A stretch of 64,000 nucleotides of DNA from Methanocaldococcus sp. 28A (GCA_049852185.1 CP187540.1), one strand, 5' to 3'. Numbered from the stretch's first letter, positions 31,274 through 41,341 are shown. Made by a program: numbers and translations. The notes: generated by a model from the sequence alone, not told the origin.

Positions 31274-31350
31274 TAAGACTTTCGCACTTTATATATGTAG
31301 CTATGATGCCAAAGGCATCAGCTACCTTAATTAATATTTATTCCTACGAA
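31274..31350. repeat. Family B copy truncated by the IS5-like element
   Basis: TAAGACTTTCGCA...TATTTATTCCTACGAA, then the IS TIR. Confidence 0.7.
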
Positions 31351-31841
31351 GAGTGTGTCTAAAATCAAGTAATATTTTATATATTAATTTATATATTAAT
31401 ACTACAAAATAAAAAAATATGGTAACGAAAAGATGGAACTCTAAGATAGATAATATAAACGAGATATTAGAAGTTTTTGATGAGATTATAGAGGATATTA
31501 AATTCTTATGGAGAGGGATATTTTTATAATTATGAAGAATACGATGACAAGAATACATTAAATAAAATAGTTAAATTCAACTACAAGCCAATAATAAAGA
31601 AAACAAAAAGAGGTAGTAAGAGCTATGGTGCTAAAATTAGGGATAAAATCTTCGATAAAAAAGAATATAATAAAAGAGGAATATACGAGGGTTTCTTCGG
31701 AGCTTTAACCAACATATTCGGAGATAAATTGAATACTTTCTTAACTTCGATTTCTATTACTCGAATCGCTATCTGGGTTTGCATATATTCTTTAATCATG
31801 TTGCTGAGGTATCGTATGTAAGTCCTATTTTAGACACACTC
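31351..31841 (+). mobile_element. Internally deleted DDE insertion sequence (IS5/IS4-like)
   Basis: Perfect 15-bp TIR GAGTGTGTCTAAAAT / ATTTTAGACACACTC; inside, a frameshifted ORF with a YNKRGIYEGFFG (YREK-like) motif near 31665-31700. Confidence 0.75.
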
Positions 31842-31849
31842 CTCTAAAT

Positions 31850-31903
31850 ATTTATCCATAAATGTCTATCTTTGTCTATAAAAAATTAATCTGTTTCAAA
31901 CGG
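31850..31903 (-). mobile_element. Left-end fragment of the IS607-like element (copy 3)
   Basis: Minus strand reads CCGTTTGAAACAGATTAATTTTTTATAGACAAAGATAGACATTT, matching the left ends at 13680, 42892 and 60738. Confidence 0.75.
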
Positions 31904-32454
31904 CAGTTTCTTTATCAAAACCATCAATTAATATATATTTAGCTCTACCATCAAGCATAGCCACATTATAAACCTTCTCAATAAACAAACTATCAGAGCT
32001 TAAACAAAAAAACATGGAAAAGTGTTTATGTTTGGTTAAGGAGATGAAATAATTAAATATTTCATAAATTAAAAATCCATTAATTTTCATATCACTAATT
32101 TTTTGTAATTCATCAATATTAGGAGTTTTTAGTTCATTTAAAGTATTCTTAGGCACTGGAATACCACTAATAACTGGTATGTTTTTAATCATACTTTTAA
32201 TAACTTTTATGGTCTCTTGTCCTCATTGTAATCTTTAAATAATACTTCAATAAACTTATCATATTTTGAGATAAAAATCCCTCTAAGGTTTATATAAAAT
32301 TTTATATAAAATATCTAATCTATTATTTATTACCTCGTTAATTAATGCTGTCTTACCACTTTATAGGTCCATAAATAAAATAAATAAAATTTGGTTCTCC
32401 CTCTAAAATTGATAAGATTTCTTTTATTTCTTTTTCTCTGTTGAAGAATTTCAT
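31902..32454 (-). pseudogene. Decayed archaeal (Methanocaldococcus-type, ATPase_2-like) P-loop ATPase
   Basis: MKFFNREKEI..ILEGEPNFIYFIYGP, frameshift, then SGKTALINE; later IDELQKI and LSSDSLFIE; truncated at DKETA by the IS607-like end. Confidence 0.8.
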
Positions 32455-32492
32455 AATCAACACCTAAAGTTTATTTTATTTTGCATACAACT

Positions 32493-33116
32493 TTATTCAT
32501 CTTTAACATAATTTTTTAAAATTCCAATACCCTCAATCTCACATTCTACAACATCTCCATCCTTTAACTCTCCGACACCTGGAGGTGTGCCAGTTGAGAT
32601 AATATCTCCTGGATATAGTGTCATTATTGAAGAGATAAATTCAACCAACTCATAAACATCAAAAATCATATTTTTTGTATTTGATTTTTGTTTAACTTCA
32701 TTATTAATTCTACACTCAATATTTAGGTTCATAGGGTCTATGTCTTTAACAATCTTTGGACCTATAGGACAAAATGTATCAAATGATTTAGCCCTTGTCC
32801 ATTGCCCATCTTTCTGCTGTAAATCTCTTGCTGTTACATCATTTAAAATTGTGTATCCCATTATATACTCATCAGCTTCTTCTTTTTTAATATTCTTTCC
32901 TTTTTTTCCTATAACAATAGCTAATTCAACTTCATAATCGACTCTCTTAGAGATTTTTGGTTTTATAATGTAGTCTTCATTGTAGATGATTGCAGAAGTA
33001 GGTTTTAAAAATATTATTGGATATTCGGGAATTTCCATATTTAGCTCTTTTGCATGGTCTATGTAGTTTAAACCAACACAGATAATTTTTGTTGGTTTAA
33101 TTTCTCTTATGTCCAT
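32493..33116 (-). CDS. Fumarylacetoacetate hydrolase family protein
   Basis: CVGLNY..HAKE, DYEVELA, NDVTARD, KSFDTF, TGTP.GVG. Confidence 0.92.
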   Translation of the reverse strand: MDIREIKPTKIICVGLNYIDHAKELNMEIPEYPIIFLKPTSAIIYNEDYIIKPKISKRVDYEVELAIVIGKKGKNIKKEEADEYIMGYTILNDVTARDLQQKDGQWTRAKSFDTFCPIGPKIVKDIDPMNLNIECRINNEVKQKSNTKNMIFDVYELVEFISSIMTLYPGDIISTGTPPGVGELKDGDVVECEIEGIGILKNYVKDE

Positions 33117-33137
33117 TCAACCACCGTATTAAATTAA

Positions 33138-33689
33138 TTATAAAATTACAACTTTTCCCTCAACAACATCAATTTTAACTAAGGTTTTAATTTTATATCC
33201 TGTTTTTTCTTCAACTATCTTCTTTCCTTCTCCTCTTTCAATAACACAGATAATGTCTTTTATTTCAGCTCCAGCTCTTTTTAATGCTTCAATTATAGCT
33301 ATCATTGTACCTCCAGTTGAGATAACATCATCTATAATAACAACCTTATCTCCTTTTTCTATACCGTTTAAATAGAGTTGTCCTTTACTATAACCTGTTG
33401 TTTGAAAGACAGGAATTTCTCCTGGTAATTTGTATTCTCTCTTTCTCATAATTACATAAGGGATATCAGTATATAGCGAGAGAATTGTTACCAAAGGAAT
33501 TCCCATAGCCTCAGCAGTAACTAATTTGGTAACTCCTTCAAAGTTTCCTATCTTTATTATTCTTGTTGCTACTTCTCTCAACAGCTTTGGTTCAACAACT
33601 GGCACTCCATCACTTATTGGGTGTATAAAATAATGATACTCTCCTCTTTTAACAATTGGGCATGATTTTAACGTTTCTTCTAATAACAA
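33138..33689 (-). CDS. hpt: Hypoxanthine/guanine phosphoribosyltransferase
   Basis: [25 protein letters not shown]; TTG start after GGAGGTGG. Confidence 0.88.
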   Translation of the reverse strand: MLLEETLKSCPIVKRGEYHYFIHPISDGVPVVEPKLLREVATRIIKIGNFEGVTKLVTAEAMGIPLVTILSLYTDIPYVIMRKREYKLPGEIPVFQTTGYSKGQLYLNGIEKGDKVVIIDDVISTGGTMIAIIEALKRAGAEIKDIICVIERGEGKKIVEEKTGYKIKTLVKIDVVEGKVVIL

Positions 33690-33771
33690 TATTCCACCTC
33701 CAAGTTTATTATTATAGAACTTTCTCACTTTATATATTAAATAAGGAACTTTGACACCTTTAGGTATCTAT

Positions 33772-34356
33772 TTACAATGTTTTATAAACACCAGGGCTTG
33801 GTTCAAATATATCTCCAGAGTTTTTTAACTCGGATAAATACTTCTCTAAATCCTCTTCTGGAATATTAACCATTCCAGCGAGTTCTTCAAATGTGATTTC
33901 ACCAAATTTATCAATAAGAGCTAAAATCTTATCTTTTATGACATCTGGATTTAAAATCTCAGTGTATATCTCTTCTTCTAAATCTTCTTCAAATGGTTCA
34001 GCATTTTTTAATAAGTATTTTCTTGTCTTTTTAATTTCTAAATCTCTAAGCTTTATCCATCTTTCGTCTCTCTTTCTAATAATTTCAGCCAGAATATATT
34101 TTTCTCCATCGTAGGTTCTTGGTCTTCCAATAACATCTACTATATCCCCTTCTTCAATATAAACTGGCTTTTCTTCAAAGTATCTAACATTAACGCCTTC
34201 TACATAAAGAGATAGGATATTTCCAACGTTTATACTATCAACTTTTCCTAAAATCCTAACTCTCCTAACTTTTCTTCCCTCTATAATTAAAGCATTATCA
34301 ATTACTTCATTATTTAAAAACTCTTCTGGATAAATTTTATAGGCAACATATCTCAT
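33772..34356 (-). CDS. OB-fold + winged-helix protein (RPA32-like/RPA-associated)
   Basis: RVRILGKV, DVIGRPR, C-terminal GDIFEP..G.Y. Confidence 0.7.
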   Translation of the reverse strand: MRYVAYKIYPEEFLNNEVIDNALIIEGRKVRRVRILGKVDSINVGNILSLYVEGVNVRYFEEKPVYIEEGDIVDVIGRPRTYDGEKYILAEIIRKRDERWIKLRDLEIKKTRKYLLKNAEPFEEDLEEEIYTEILNPDVIKDKILALIDKFGEITFEELAGMVNIPEEDLEKYLSELKNSGDIFEPSPGVYKTL

Positions 34357-34370
34357 AATTTCACCAAAAT

Positions 34371-34479
34371 TATAGTTTTGTGTAAAAGTGTCTATGGTAA
34401 ATGAGGTATTAATGAATGTCTTCTAAAAAGAAGACCTTCAAATTTCCTTATAAAGTTTAATTTATTTTACACAAAACTA
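34371..34479. repeat. Family A repeat (diverged)
   Basis: TAGTTTTGTGTAAAA...TTTTACACAAAACTA. Confidence 0.7.
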
Positions 34480-35637
34480 CTAAATTTCCTCTACGCTTAA
34501 GAATAAACATTTTAGATATTCAGTGCCTTTGGAAGTTATTGGATGGTCTGGACTTTGTGAGCCATACTTTATAATCTTAGCCCATTTTTTTGCCTTTAAG
34601 CAGGCATCTATAACCAACGCTTTAAAAGCATCTGGTTCTACTGGCTGAGAGCATGAACAAGTTACTAACAATCTATCAGCCAATTTAGCTCCAAATCTGT
34701 TTAGCATGTGATATCCTCTAATAGCATCTTTTAAAGCTTTTTTTGATTGAGCAAATGCTGGAGGGTCTAAAATTACTATATCAAATTTCTCTCCATCTTC
34801 TATAAACTCTTCCATAACTTTAAAGGCATTCCCTTCAATAAACTCATACCTATCTTTTGGAATATTGTTTAGTTCCATATTTTCTTCAGCTGTTTTTAGT
34901 GCCTTTTTAGATAAATCTACTCCTACAACCTCAGCTCCTTTTATAGCACAATGAACTGAAAATCCTCCAGTATAACAGCAAATATCTAAAACTTTATCTC
35001 TTTCTTTCACAAATTTCTCTATCTCCAATCTATTTTCTCTCTGGTCTAAAAAAAATCCTGTTTTTTGTCCATCAAAGGTAACTTTAAATTTTGCATCCCC
35101 TTCTTTAATAATTGTTTCTGTTTTCTCTCCAGCTAATATTCCTTCAATCTCTGGTAATCCTGCTCTTTTCCTATTTCTTCCAGAACTTTTTTCATATATG
35201 CTGTCTATCCCTAAATCTAAAAGTGTTTCAACAACAACATCCTTCATCTTCTCAATACCGTAGTTGAATATTTGAACTGTAGCTATGTCGTTGTATTTAT
35301 CAATAACCAACCCATTTAACCAATCAGATTGAGTATAAACCATCCTATAAGTATCTTTAAACCCTAATTTTAACCTATATTCATTTGCTTTAATTATTTT
35401 TTCTTTTATGTAATTTTCGTCTAAATCTTCTTTTCTTAAGGTCATTATTCTTATTTCCCTTGGATTTTTAAAACCTCTTCCTAAAAATTTCCCTCTCTTT
35501 GAGTAGATATCTACGACTTCTCCAATTTCTATCTTATCAAAATCTTCTTTATTTAATATATTTTCTCTTGGAATAATTAAATTTCCCTTCTCTATTGCTG
35601 AATATCCTCCAAAATCAACATATAGCTTTGTGGTCAT
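34480..35637 (-). CDS. RlmI-like SAM-dependent RNA m5C methyltransferase
   Basis: GQKTGFFLDQRENR, LDPPAF, TCSCS, EYLK. Confidence 0.9.
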   Translation of the reverse strand: MTTKLYVDFGGYSAIEKGNLIIPRENILNKEDFDKIEIGEVVDIYSKRGKFLGRGFKNPREIRIMTLRKEDLDENYIKEKIIKANEYRLKLGFKDTYRMVYTQSDWLNGLVIDKYNDIATVQIFNYGIEKMKDVVVETLLDLGIDSIYEKSSGRNRKRAGLPEIEGILAGEKTETIIKEGDAKFKVTFDGQKTGFFLDQRENRLEIEKFVKERDKVLDICCYTGGFSVHCAIKGAEVVGVDLSKKALKTAEENMELNNIPKDRYEFIEGNAFKVMEEFIEDGEKFDIVILDPPAFAQSKKALKDAIRGYHMLNRFGAKLADRLLVTCSCSQPVEPDAFKALVIDACLKAKKWAKIIKYGSQSPDHPITSKGTEYLKCLFLSVEEI

Positions 35638-35664
35638 GGCTAATCCACCATATTTTTATTTTTT

Positions 35665-37947
35665 TTATTTTTCTTTTTGTTTTTCATTATCATTTGGTTT
35701 TAGTTTTTCTGTATATTTGCATTTTGGATAATTAGAGCAGCCAATAAACTTTCCAAACTTTCCATCTCTAATAATTAAGTCTCCTCCACATTTTGGACAT
35801 TTTCCTACAACTTCTTTTTTATTTATTGGTTCTGTATATTTGCACTTTGGATAATTTGAGCATCCATAAAAAGCCCCATAAACTCCCTTCTTTAAAATCA
35901 AATTAGCCCCACATTTTGGACATTTTCTATTTTCTTCTTTAACTTCAACATGTTTTAATGGACATTCTGGATTAATACAAACTTCTTTATCCCCAATTTT
36001 TAAAATAGGGGCTTTGCAGATTTCACAAACTTTGTTTAGAATCTTTATTCTACCTTTATCTGGAAGTGAATATTTTACATCACATTCTGGATAATTAGAG
36101 CATCCAACAAACCTACTTCTCTTGTATTTTATTAAAATTAAATCTCCTCCACATTTAGGGCATTTTCCAACGATTTTTGCTTTTTTGTTTGTAGCATCTA
36201 AGTTTTTTATAAGGTAGATTCCAATATCTTCTTCTTTCTTTTTAAACACTTCCAATATTTTTCTCAATCTTTTTTCTGCTTCTTCTAAAACATCATCTTT
36301 CTTAATTTTTCTAAACTGTATTTTCTCTAACTTCTCCTCTAAATCCCTCGTCATCTTTTCATCAATAATCTCTGGGCAGAATCTTTTTAATGTTTCAATT
36401 ACTGAAATTCCTAAGTCAGTTACTTTTAAAGAACCATCATCAATAACATAACCTCTTTTTATTAGTTTATCAACTATTTCAGCTCTTGTAGCCTTTGTTC
36501 CTAAGCCTCTCTTTTCTAATTCCTTAATAATACTTGCAACAGTATATCTCTTTGGTGGTTGAGTTTCTTTTCTTGTTATTGTAATTTTTTCAACTTTAAT
36601 TATGTCATTTTTCTTTAATGGAGGCAATTCAATCTCATCAAATTTTGGGAAGTAATAAATTTCATGCCAACCTTCTTTTACTGTCCTTGAGCCAGATAAT
36701 TTAAATTTTTCTCCTTTTATGTCAATTTTTACATTTAAATATTCCCTCTCTACATTATCCCAAAAAGCAGCTAAAGTTCTTCTTGCAATTAAATCATAAA
36801 TTTTCTTCTCTCTCTCTGAAAGCTCTTCTTTTGGAATATCTACTATGTGTATAGCAGGATGTGCTGGGTCTTCTTTTTTTCCTTCAACAGGTTTTAAATT
36901 CTCCTCTAAAATCCTCTCTGCCCATTTTCCATAAACTGGATGATTTTTTATTATATTTAGAATATCTTCTAAATATTTTCTATCTTTTGGAAGTTTTTGG
37001 CTTGATGTTCTTGGATATGAGATTAAAGCTTTTTCATAAAGATTTTGAGCAATTTCTTGCGTTTCCTTTGGAGATATTTTAAAATAACTGTAAGCTTCTC
37101 TTTGTAAAGTTCCTAAATCAAATGGAGGGAGTGGTTTTAATGCTCTTTTAGTTTTTTTAATTTCAACAACTTTGGCAAATTTTTCATTTTTTATTTTTTC
37201 AAAAATAGTTTTAGCCTCTTTTTCATCCCAAAATTTATCTTTCTCATGTGTAGCTTTTAAATTGTCCATTAATAAAGCTTCAATAACCCAATATGGTTTA
37301 GGTATAAAACTTTTAATTTCTAACTCTCTTTCAGTTAAAAAAGCTAATGCAGGTCCTTGAACTCTACCTATACTCATTGTTTTCCATCTATTCACTGCTC
37401 TTATGGCATTCATTAACGCCCTTGATAAATTTATACCAAAATACCAATCTACGATATGCCTACTCTCTCCAGCATCAACTAAACCATAATCAATTTCATC
37501 TGGATTTTCATAAGCTTTTATAATCTCTTTTTTTGTTAATGATGAGAATCTCATTCTCTTAGCTTTTTCTTTTCCACAACAGTATTTTAATGCATGATAA
37601 CCAATTAACTCTCCTTCAATATCCCAATCTGTTGCTATATAAAACTCATCTGCTTCTTTTGATAATTTTTTTAATACTTTTATGTATTTATTTACGTATT
37701 CTTTTCCTTTTTCAACACTTGCTGGAGCCCACTTTACATCAAAAACTGGATAAGTGCCAAATTCTTTATTTTCTTTTTCAACTAATGTAAAGAGATGCCC
37801 AACAGCACTTGCAACAATAATTTTTCTTCCATTTCTTTCCAATTCATAATATGGAACTCCATCAATACTTTTTTTCTTAGCTTTGCCTAAAGCGTTTGCT
37901 ATCTTTTTAGCAACACTTGGCTTTTCACATATTATTAATGTAGCCAT
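35665..37947 (-). CDS. topA: DNA topoisomerase IA with C-terminal Zn ribbons
   Basis: CEKPSVA, ATDWDIEGE, GRVQ, active-site ISYPRT, repeated CPKCG...GCSNYP.C. Confidence 0.96.
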   Translation of the reverse strand: MATLIICEKPSVAKKIANALGKAKKKSIDGVPYYELERNGRKIIVASAVGHLFTLVEKENKEFGTYPVFDVKWAPASVEKGKEYVNKYIKVLKKLSKEADEFYIATDWDIEGELIGYHALKYCCGKEKAKRMRFSSLTKKEIIKAYENPDEIDYGLVDAGESRHIVDWYFGINLSRALMNAIRAVNRWKTMSIGRVQGPALAFLTERELEIKSFIPKPYWVIEALLMDNLKATHEKDKFWDEKEAKTIFEKIKNEKFAKVVEIKKTKRALKPLPPFDLGTLQREAYSYFKISPKETQEIAQNLYEKALISYPRTSSQKLPKDRKYLEDILNIIKNHPVYGKWAERILEENLKPVEGKKEDPAHPAIHIVDIPKEELSEREKKIYDLIARRTLAAFWDNVEREYLNVKIDIKGEKFKLSGSRTVKEGWHEIYYFPKFDEIELPPLKKNDIIKVEKITITRKETQPPKRYTVASIIKELEKRGLGTKATRAEIVDKLIKRGYVIDDGSLKVTDLGISVIETLKRFCPEIIDEKMTRDLEEKLEKIQFRKIKKDDVLEEAEKRLRKILEVFKKKEEDIGIYLIKNLDATNKKAKIVGKCPKCGGDLILIKYKRSRFVGCSNYPECDVKYSLPDKGRIKILNKVCEICKAPILKIGDKEVCINPECPLKHVEVKEENRKCPKCGANLILKKGVYGAFYGCSNYPKCKYTEPINKKEVVGKCPKCGGDLIIRDGKFGKFIGCSNYPKCKYTEKLKPNDNEKQKEK

Positions 37948-37980
37948 AATTTCACAAAAATAATATTTTAGTCCTTAATT

Positions 37981-38089
37981 TATAGTTGTATGCAAAATAA
38001 AATTTTATAATGACAATTTGAATGTCTTCCTTTTAGAAGACATCCATTAATACCTTATTTTAATTAAGATACTTTTGCACACAACTATA
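37981..38089. repeat. Family A repeat
   Basis: TATAGTTGTATGCAAAA...TTTTGCACACAACTATA. Confidence 0.82.
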
Positions 38090-38175
38090 TATGCAACTTT
38101 AATTTAAAAAATTATTTAATCATGGAGTTATTTATTTAAGTTTTTAAATAAAATATTGAATAAAAATAGTTGTTT

Positions 38176-38824
38176 GTTATTTATACCGCACCGATCTGAT
38201 TTTAATAGGATATACTCCAAGCAGAAGTATAAGTTTCCATACCGAATCGGTCTTATTTTAATAAAAAAAGGAGGATATGTTGGGAAATTAAAAATGGAGT
38301 TTCCATACCGAATCGGTCTTATTTTAATTGAAATCAAAAAAAGGCATATATGAATATGATAAATTGATTTAGTTTCCATACCGAATCGGTCTTATTTTAA
38401 TAGTTTTTGATTTACCTTTACCACTCTTACCATACAATATTGTTTCCATACCGAATCGGTCTTATTTTAATGGTCTTATTTTAATTTAGCAGATAACAAT
38501 TTAAGCACCGCATACAACAGTTTCCATACCGAATCGGTCTTATTTTAATATTGCCAGAAAAACAACCGCCGTTTTTGAGTAATTATTTGTTTCCATACCG
38601 AATCGGTCTTATTTTAATAATCCATTAATATACATATTTTTTATTAAATCTTTACAGTTTCCATACCGAATCGGTCTTATTTTAATGAAGAAGTATTTAA
38701 ACAAACATTAAACACTGCAGGGGCATAGTTTCCATACCGAATCGGTCTTATTTTAATTAGCAATTTAGTAACTATAAAAAACACTGATTTAGTGGTTTCC
38801 ATACCGGATCGGTCTTATTTTAAT
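38176..38824 (-). CRISPR. CRISPR array: 9 full repeats + 1 degenerate terminal repeat; no cas genes in the window
   Basis: 30-bp repeat GTTTCCATACCGAATCGGTCTTATTTTAAT (+) starting at 38233, 38299, 38372, 38442, 38520, 38589, 38657, 38728, 38795; unique spacers mostly 34-43 bp; minus strand ends in GGAAAC. Confidence 0.97.
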
Positions 38825-39200
38825 AGGAGGCATTTTTTGAATTAAACGAAATTAAGCATTTTTAAATCTTTATTTTATAGGGGTTATATTACGACCCCCC
38901 AATTACTTGGTTTTTTTATATATCCTAACTAATATAAATACTTTACGGTATTGTGTTAATTAGGACAATAAAAACCCATTAACTAAAAAATCAAATTATC
39001 TATCGGGGAAATATAAATATAAAAATAATTATCTAAAATCTCCTAAAAATCTTACTAATTTAATACATCTAAATAAGTAAAATATTAAAAATAAGCTACC
39101 CTTAGAAATTAGCTAAAAATCCTTAAAATCAAAAAATATTCCTTTAAAAATTTCTAAATTAAAAATAAAAAACTTTTAGCGTGATAACAAAAAATTAAAA
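38825..39200 (-). promoter_or_regulatory. CRISPR leader
   Basis: AT-rich, ORF-free ~375 bp on the side opposite the degenerate repeat; TATA-like motifs on the minus strand near 38860-38870 and 38930-38944. Confidence 0.7.
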
Positions 39201-39202
39201 AA

Positions 39203-39937
39203 TTAATAAATATCAAATAACTCTCCTAATGTTATTTTTTTATCTGTCTTAACCAACTCTGGAATTTTTCCTTTAATACCAACTTTATCTCTAACAACAA
39301 CAAAAACTCCATCTATCTTTTCTATTTCATCAGCCCTTTCTAAAGCGTTAAATATCATCTCTTCCTCATCTCTTCCTCTTGAAGCGTTACATATTGATGT
39401 TGCTGCTGCATCTGCTATAGCAGAGCTTTTAGCAAAAACAGTAACTGCATCAGCCTCTCCAAAACTTATTGAATGCCCAACTGTTGCTGATGAAGTACAA
39501 ACACCATAAATATTTTTAATTTTCTCCTTATTTAATTTAAATCCAACCTCTCCAGTAATTTTAGAGTTTCCAGCATATAATCCAACAACAACATCTTTTT
39601 TAGCTCTTAAGCAGATATCTCCACCATTTTCAGCAATGATGTTTTTTGCTCCAATATTTTTAATTAACATCTCCGCTATAGCTCCAGCAACACTCGCCAT
39701 AGGTCCTACATTGGCAATTTCTCCAGCTACAGCCATTAACTTTACAATTTCTGGGGAATCTATCTCTATAGAAATTGGATAGTAAGATGTTAAAAAATAA
39801 GGATTTTTTAATATGTATCTCTCCAATTCTAACCTATTTTTTAAGATAATTTCCTCTGCTTTTTTAAAGTATCTCTTATTATCAATCTTTAAAAGTATAT
39901 TCGTTTCTTTTATTATGATTCTTTTTTTGAACCACAT
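39203..39937 (-). CDS. UPF0280 (ApbE-like) protein
   Basis: VGPMASVAGAIA, ENGGDI, CTSSATVGHS.SFG.ADA. Confidence 0.88.
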   Translation of the reverse strand: MWFKKRIIIKETNILLKIDNKRYFKKAEEIILKNRLELERYILKNPYFLTSYYPISIEIDSPEIVKLMAVAGEIANVGPMASVAGAIAEMLIKNIGAKNIIAENGGDICLRAKKDVVVGLYAGNSKITGEVGFKLNKEKIKNIYGVCTSSATVGHSISFGEADAVTVFAKSSAIADAAATSICNASRGRDEEEMIFNALERADEIEKIDGVFVVVRDKVGIKGKIPELVKTDKKITLGELFDIY

Positions 39938-39938
39938 G

Positions 39939-40919
39939 TCATTCCACCAAATTATAAAAATCTGAAATCATTTTTAAGTCATCTTCTAAAATTCTACCTT
40001 TTGTAGTTAAATAATTTCCAACCATTAATCCATCCAAAGCCATTAGAGCATAGGATTGTAAATCTCTCAAATTATATCCTCTTCCACCAGCCAATCTAAT
40101 TTCTGCATAAGGCATAATTATTTTATATAAAGCCAAAGACTTTAGAGCATCTGAAATACTTATTGTCTTAATTTCTCCATTTTTTATTTTTTCATAAGCT
40201 TTAGTTCCTTCAATTGGATGTAAAATATTTATTGGGACACTATCAACCCCTAAATTTTTAAGTTCAAAAGCCATTTTTATTCTTTCTTCTAAGCTTTCTC
40301 CAAGTCCAAATATCCCACCACTACAAACTTCTAAGCCAAGCTTTTTAGCCTCTTTTATTATTTTAACTTTATCTTCATAAGAATGAGTTGAGCAAATGTT
40401 TTTAAAGTGGTTTTTTGATGTTTCTAAGTTGTTGTGCAATCTTACATTTAATTTTTTTAATTCCTTTAATTTTTCTTTATCTAATAAACCCAAAGAACAA
40501 CATACTTTTAGATTTGTTTCTTCTTTTATGAGCTCTATAGCTTCAAGAATTTCTATAAATTCATCATCGTTAATTTTTTTACCACTTGTAACTATGCTAA
40601 ATCTTTCAACGATTCCATCAAAATTTTTAGCATAATCTAAAATCTCTCTTTTTGACTTTAATGGATATATTGGGATGTTGCAATTATTGTGAATTGACTG
40701 AGAGCAGAAAATACAATCCTCTGAACATTTTCCACTTTTAGCGTTTATTATAGCACATAATTTAATTTTGCCATTATTTATCTTATTTTTTATCTTAAAT
40801 GATAAATATAGCAAATCTATGGCATTGAAGTTTTTATAAAGATATATGGCATCATCAAAACTTATCCTATTTTTTAAAGATTTTTCTAAAAAAGTTTCAA
40901 TAACCATAAAAATCCCCAC
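39939..40919 (-). CDS. bioB: Biotin synthase
   Basis: NAKSGKCSEDCIFCSQS, HNNLETS, CSGGIFG, RLAGGR, GNYLTT. Confidence 0.93.
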   Translation of the reverse strand: MGIFMVIETFLEKSLKNRISFDDAIYLYKNFNAIDLLYLSFKIKNKINNGKIKLCAIINAKSGKCSEDCIFCSQSIHNNCNIPIYPLKSKREILDYAKNFDGIVERFSIVTSGKKINDDEFIEILEAIELIKEETNLKVCCSLGLLDKEKLKELKKLNVRLHNNLETSKNHFKNICSTHSYEDKVKIIKEAKKLGLEVCSGGIFGLGESLEERIKMAFELKNLGVDSVPINILHPIEGTKAYEKIKNGEIKTISISDALKSLALYKIIMPYAEIRLAGGRGYNLRDLQSYALMALDGLMVGNYLTTKGRILEDDLKMISDFYNLVE

Positions 40920-40985
40920 TCAATTTCTTAAAAATAGAACTTTGATATCCAAACTTAAATATTAAACTTTAGAGAAAGTTTTTAT

Positions 40986-41312
40986 TTAAAAGACTTTTTT
41001 GTAGTATTTTTCTGCTATATCTCCAAATATTGGGAATTTATATTTTTCACCATTGTAAGCTTTAATCATTCCAACAATCCATAAGATAATTATTGCTATA
41101 TTTATTAAAGTAGAGATTATCCATCCTACTATCATAATCTTCGAAACTACTAAAGCCACCAAATCTAAACTTAAAAATGTTATAAATGACTGCATTGCAT
41201 GAAATCTAATAAAATCATCTTCTTTTTCTAACAATAAAAATATTAATCCACTAACCCAAAACAGCAAATAACATAAGGCTCCCTCTATATTTTTATCTAA
41301 TCCAAAGGCCAT
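40986..41312 (-). CDS. DUF4870-family membrane protein
   Basis: ALCY..WVSG, FIRFHAMQS, KAY.GE.YKFP. Confidence 0.8.
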   Translation of the reverse strand: MAFGLDKNIEGALCYLLFWVSGLIFLLLEKEDDFIRFHAMQSFITFLSLDLVALVVSKIMIVGWIISTLINIAIIILWIVGMIKAYNGEKYKFPIFGDIAEKYYKKVF

Positions 41313-41341
41313 AATATCACCAACAAACAATATAATTTAGA

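Noticed and set aside
31331-31558. 75-aa minus-strand ORF
   Set aside because: It is antisense to the decayed transposase inside the IS5-like element.
35665-37947. Possible inteins in topA, HerA or other large genes; repeats in the topA 3' end
   Set aside because: Lengths are normal and I saw no C/S...HN-C splice motifs. The topA repeats are ordinary C4 zinc ribbons.
38128-38379. Short ORFs on both strands at the CRISPR trailer end
   Set aside because: They are translations of repeats and spacers (IKIRPIRYGN and FPYRIGLIL recur).
38550-38588. Spacer containing GCCGTTT, like the mini-element left junction
   Set aside because: The match is only about 7 nt and the rest does not align with any of the four junctions; chance level.
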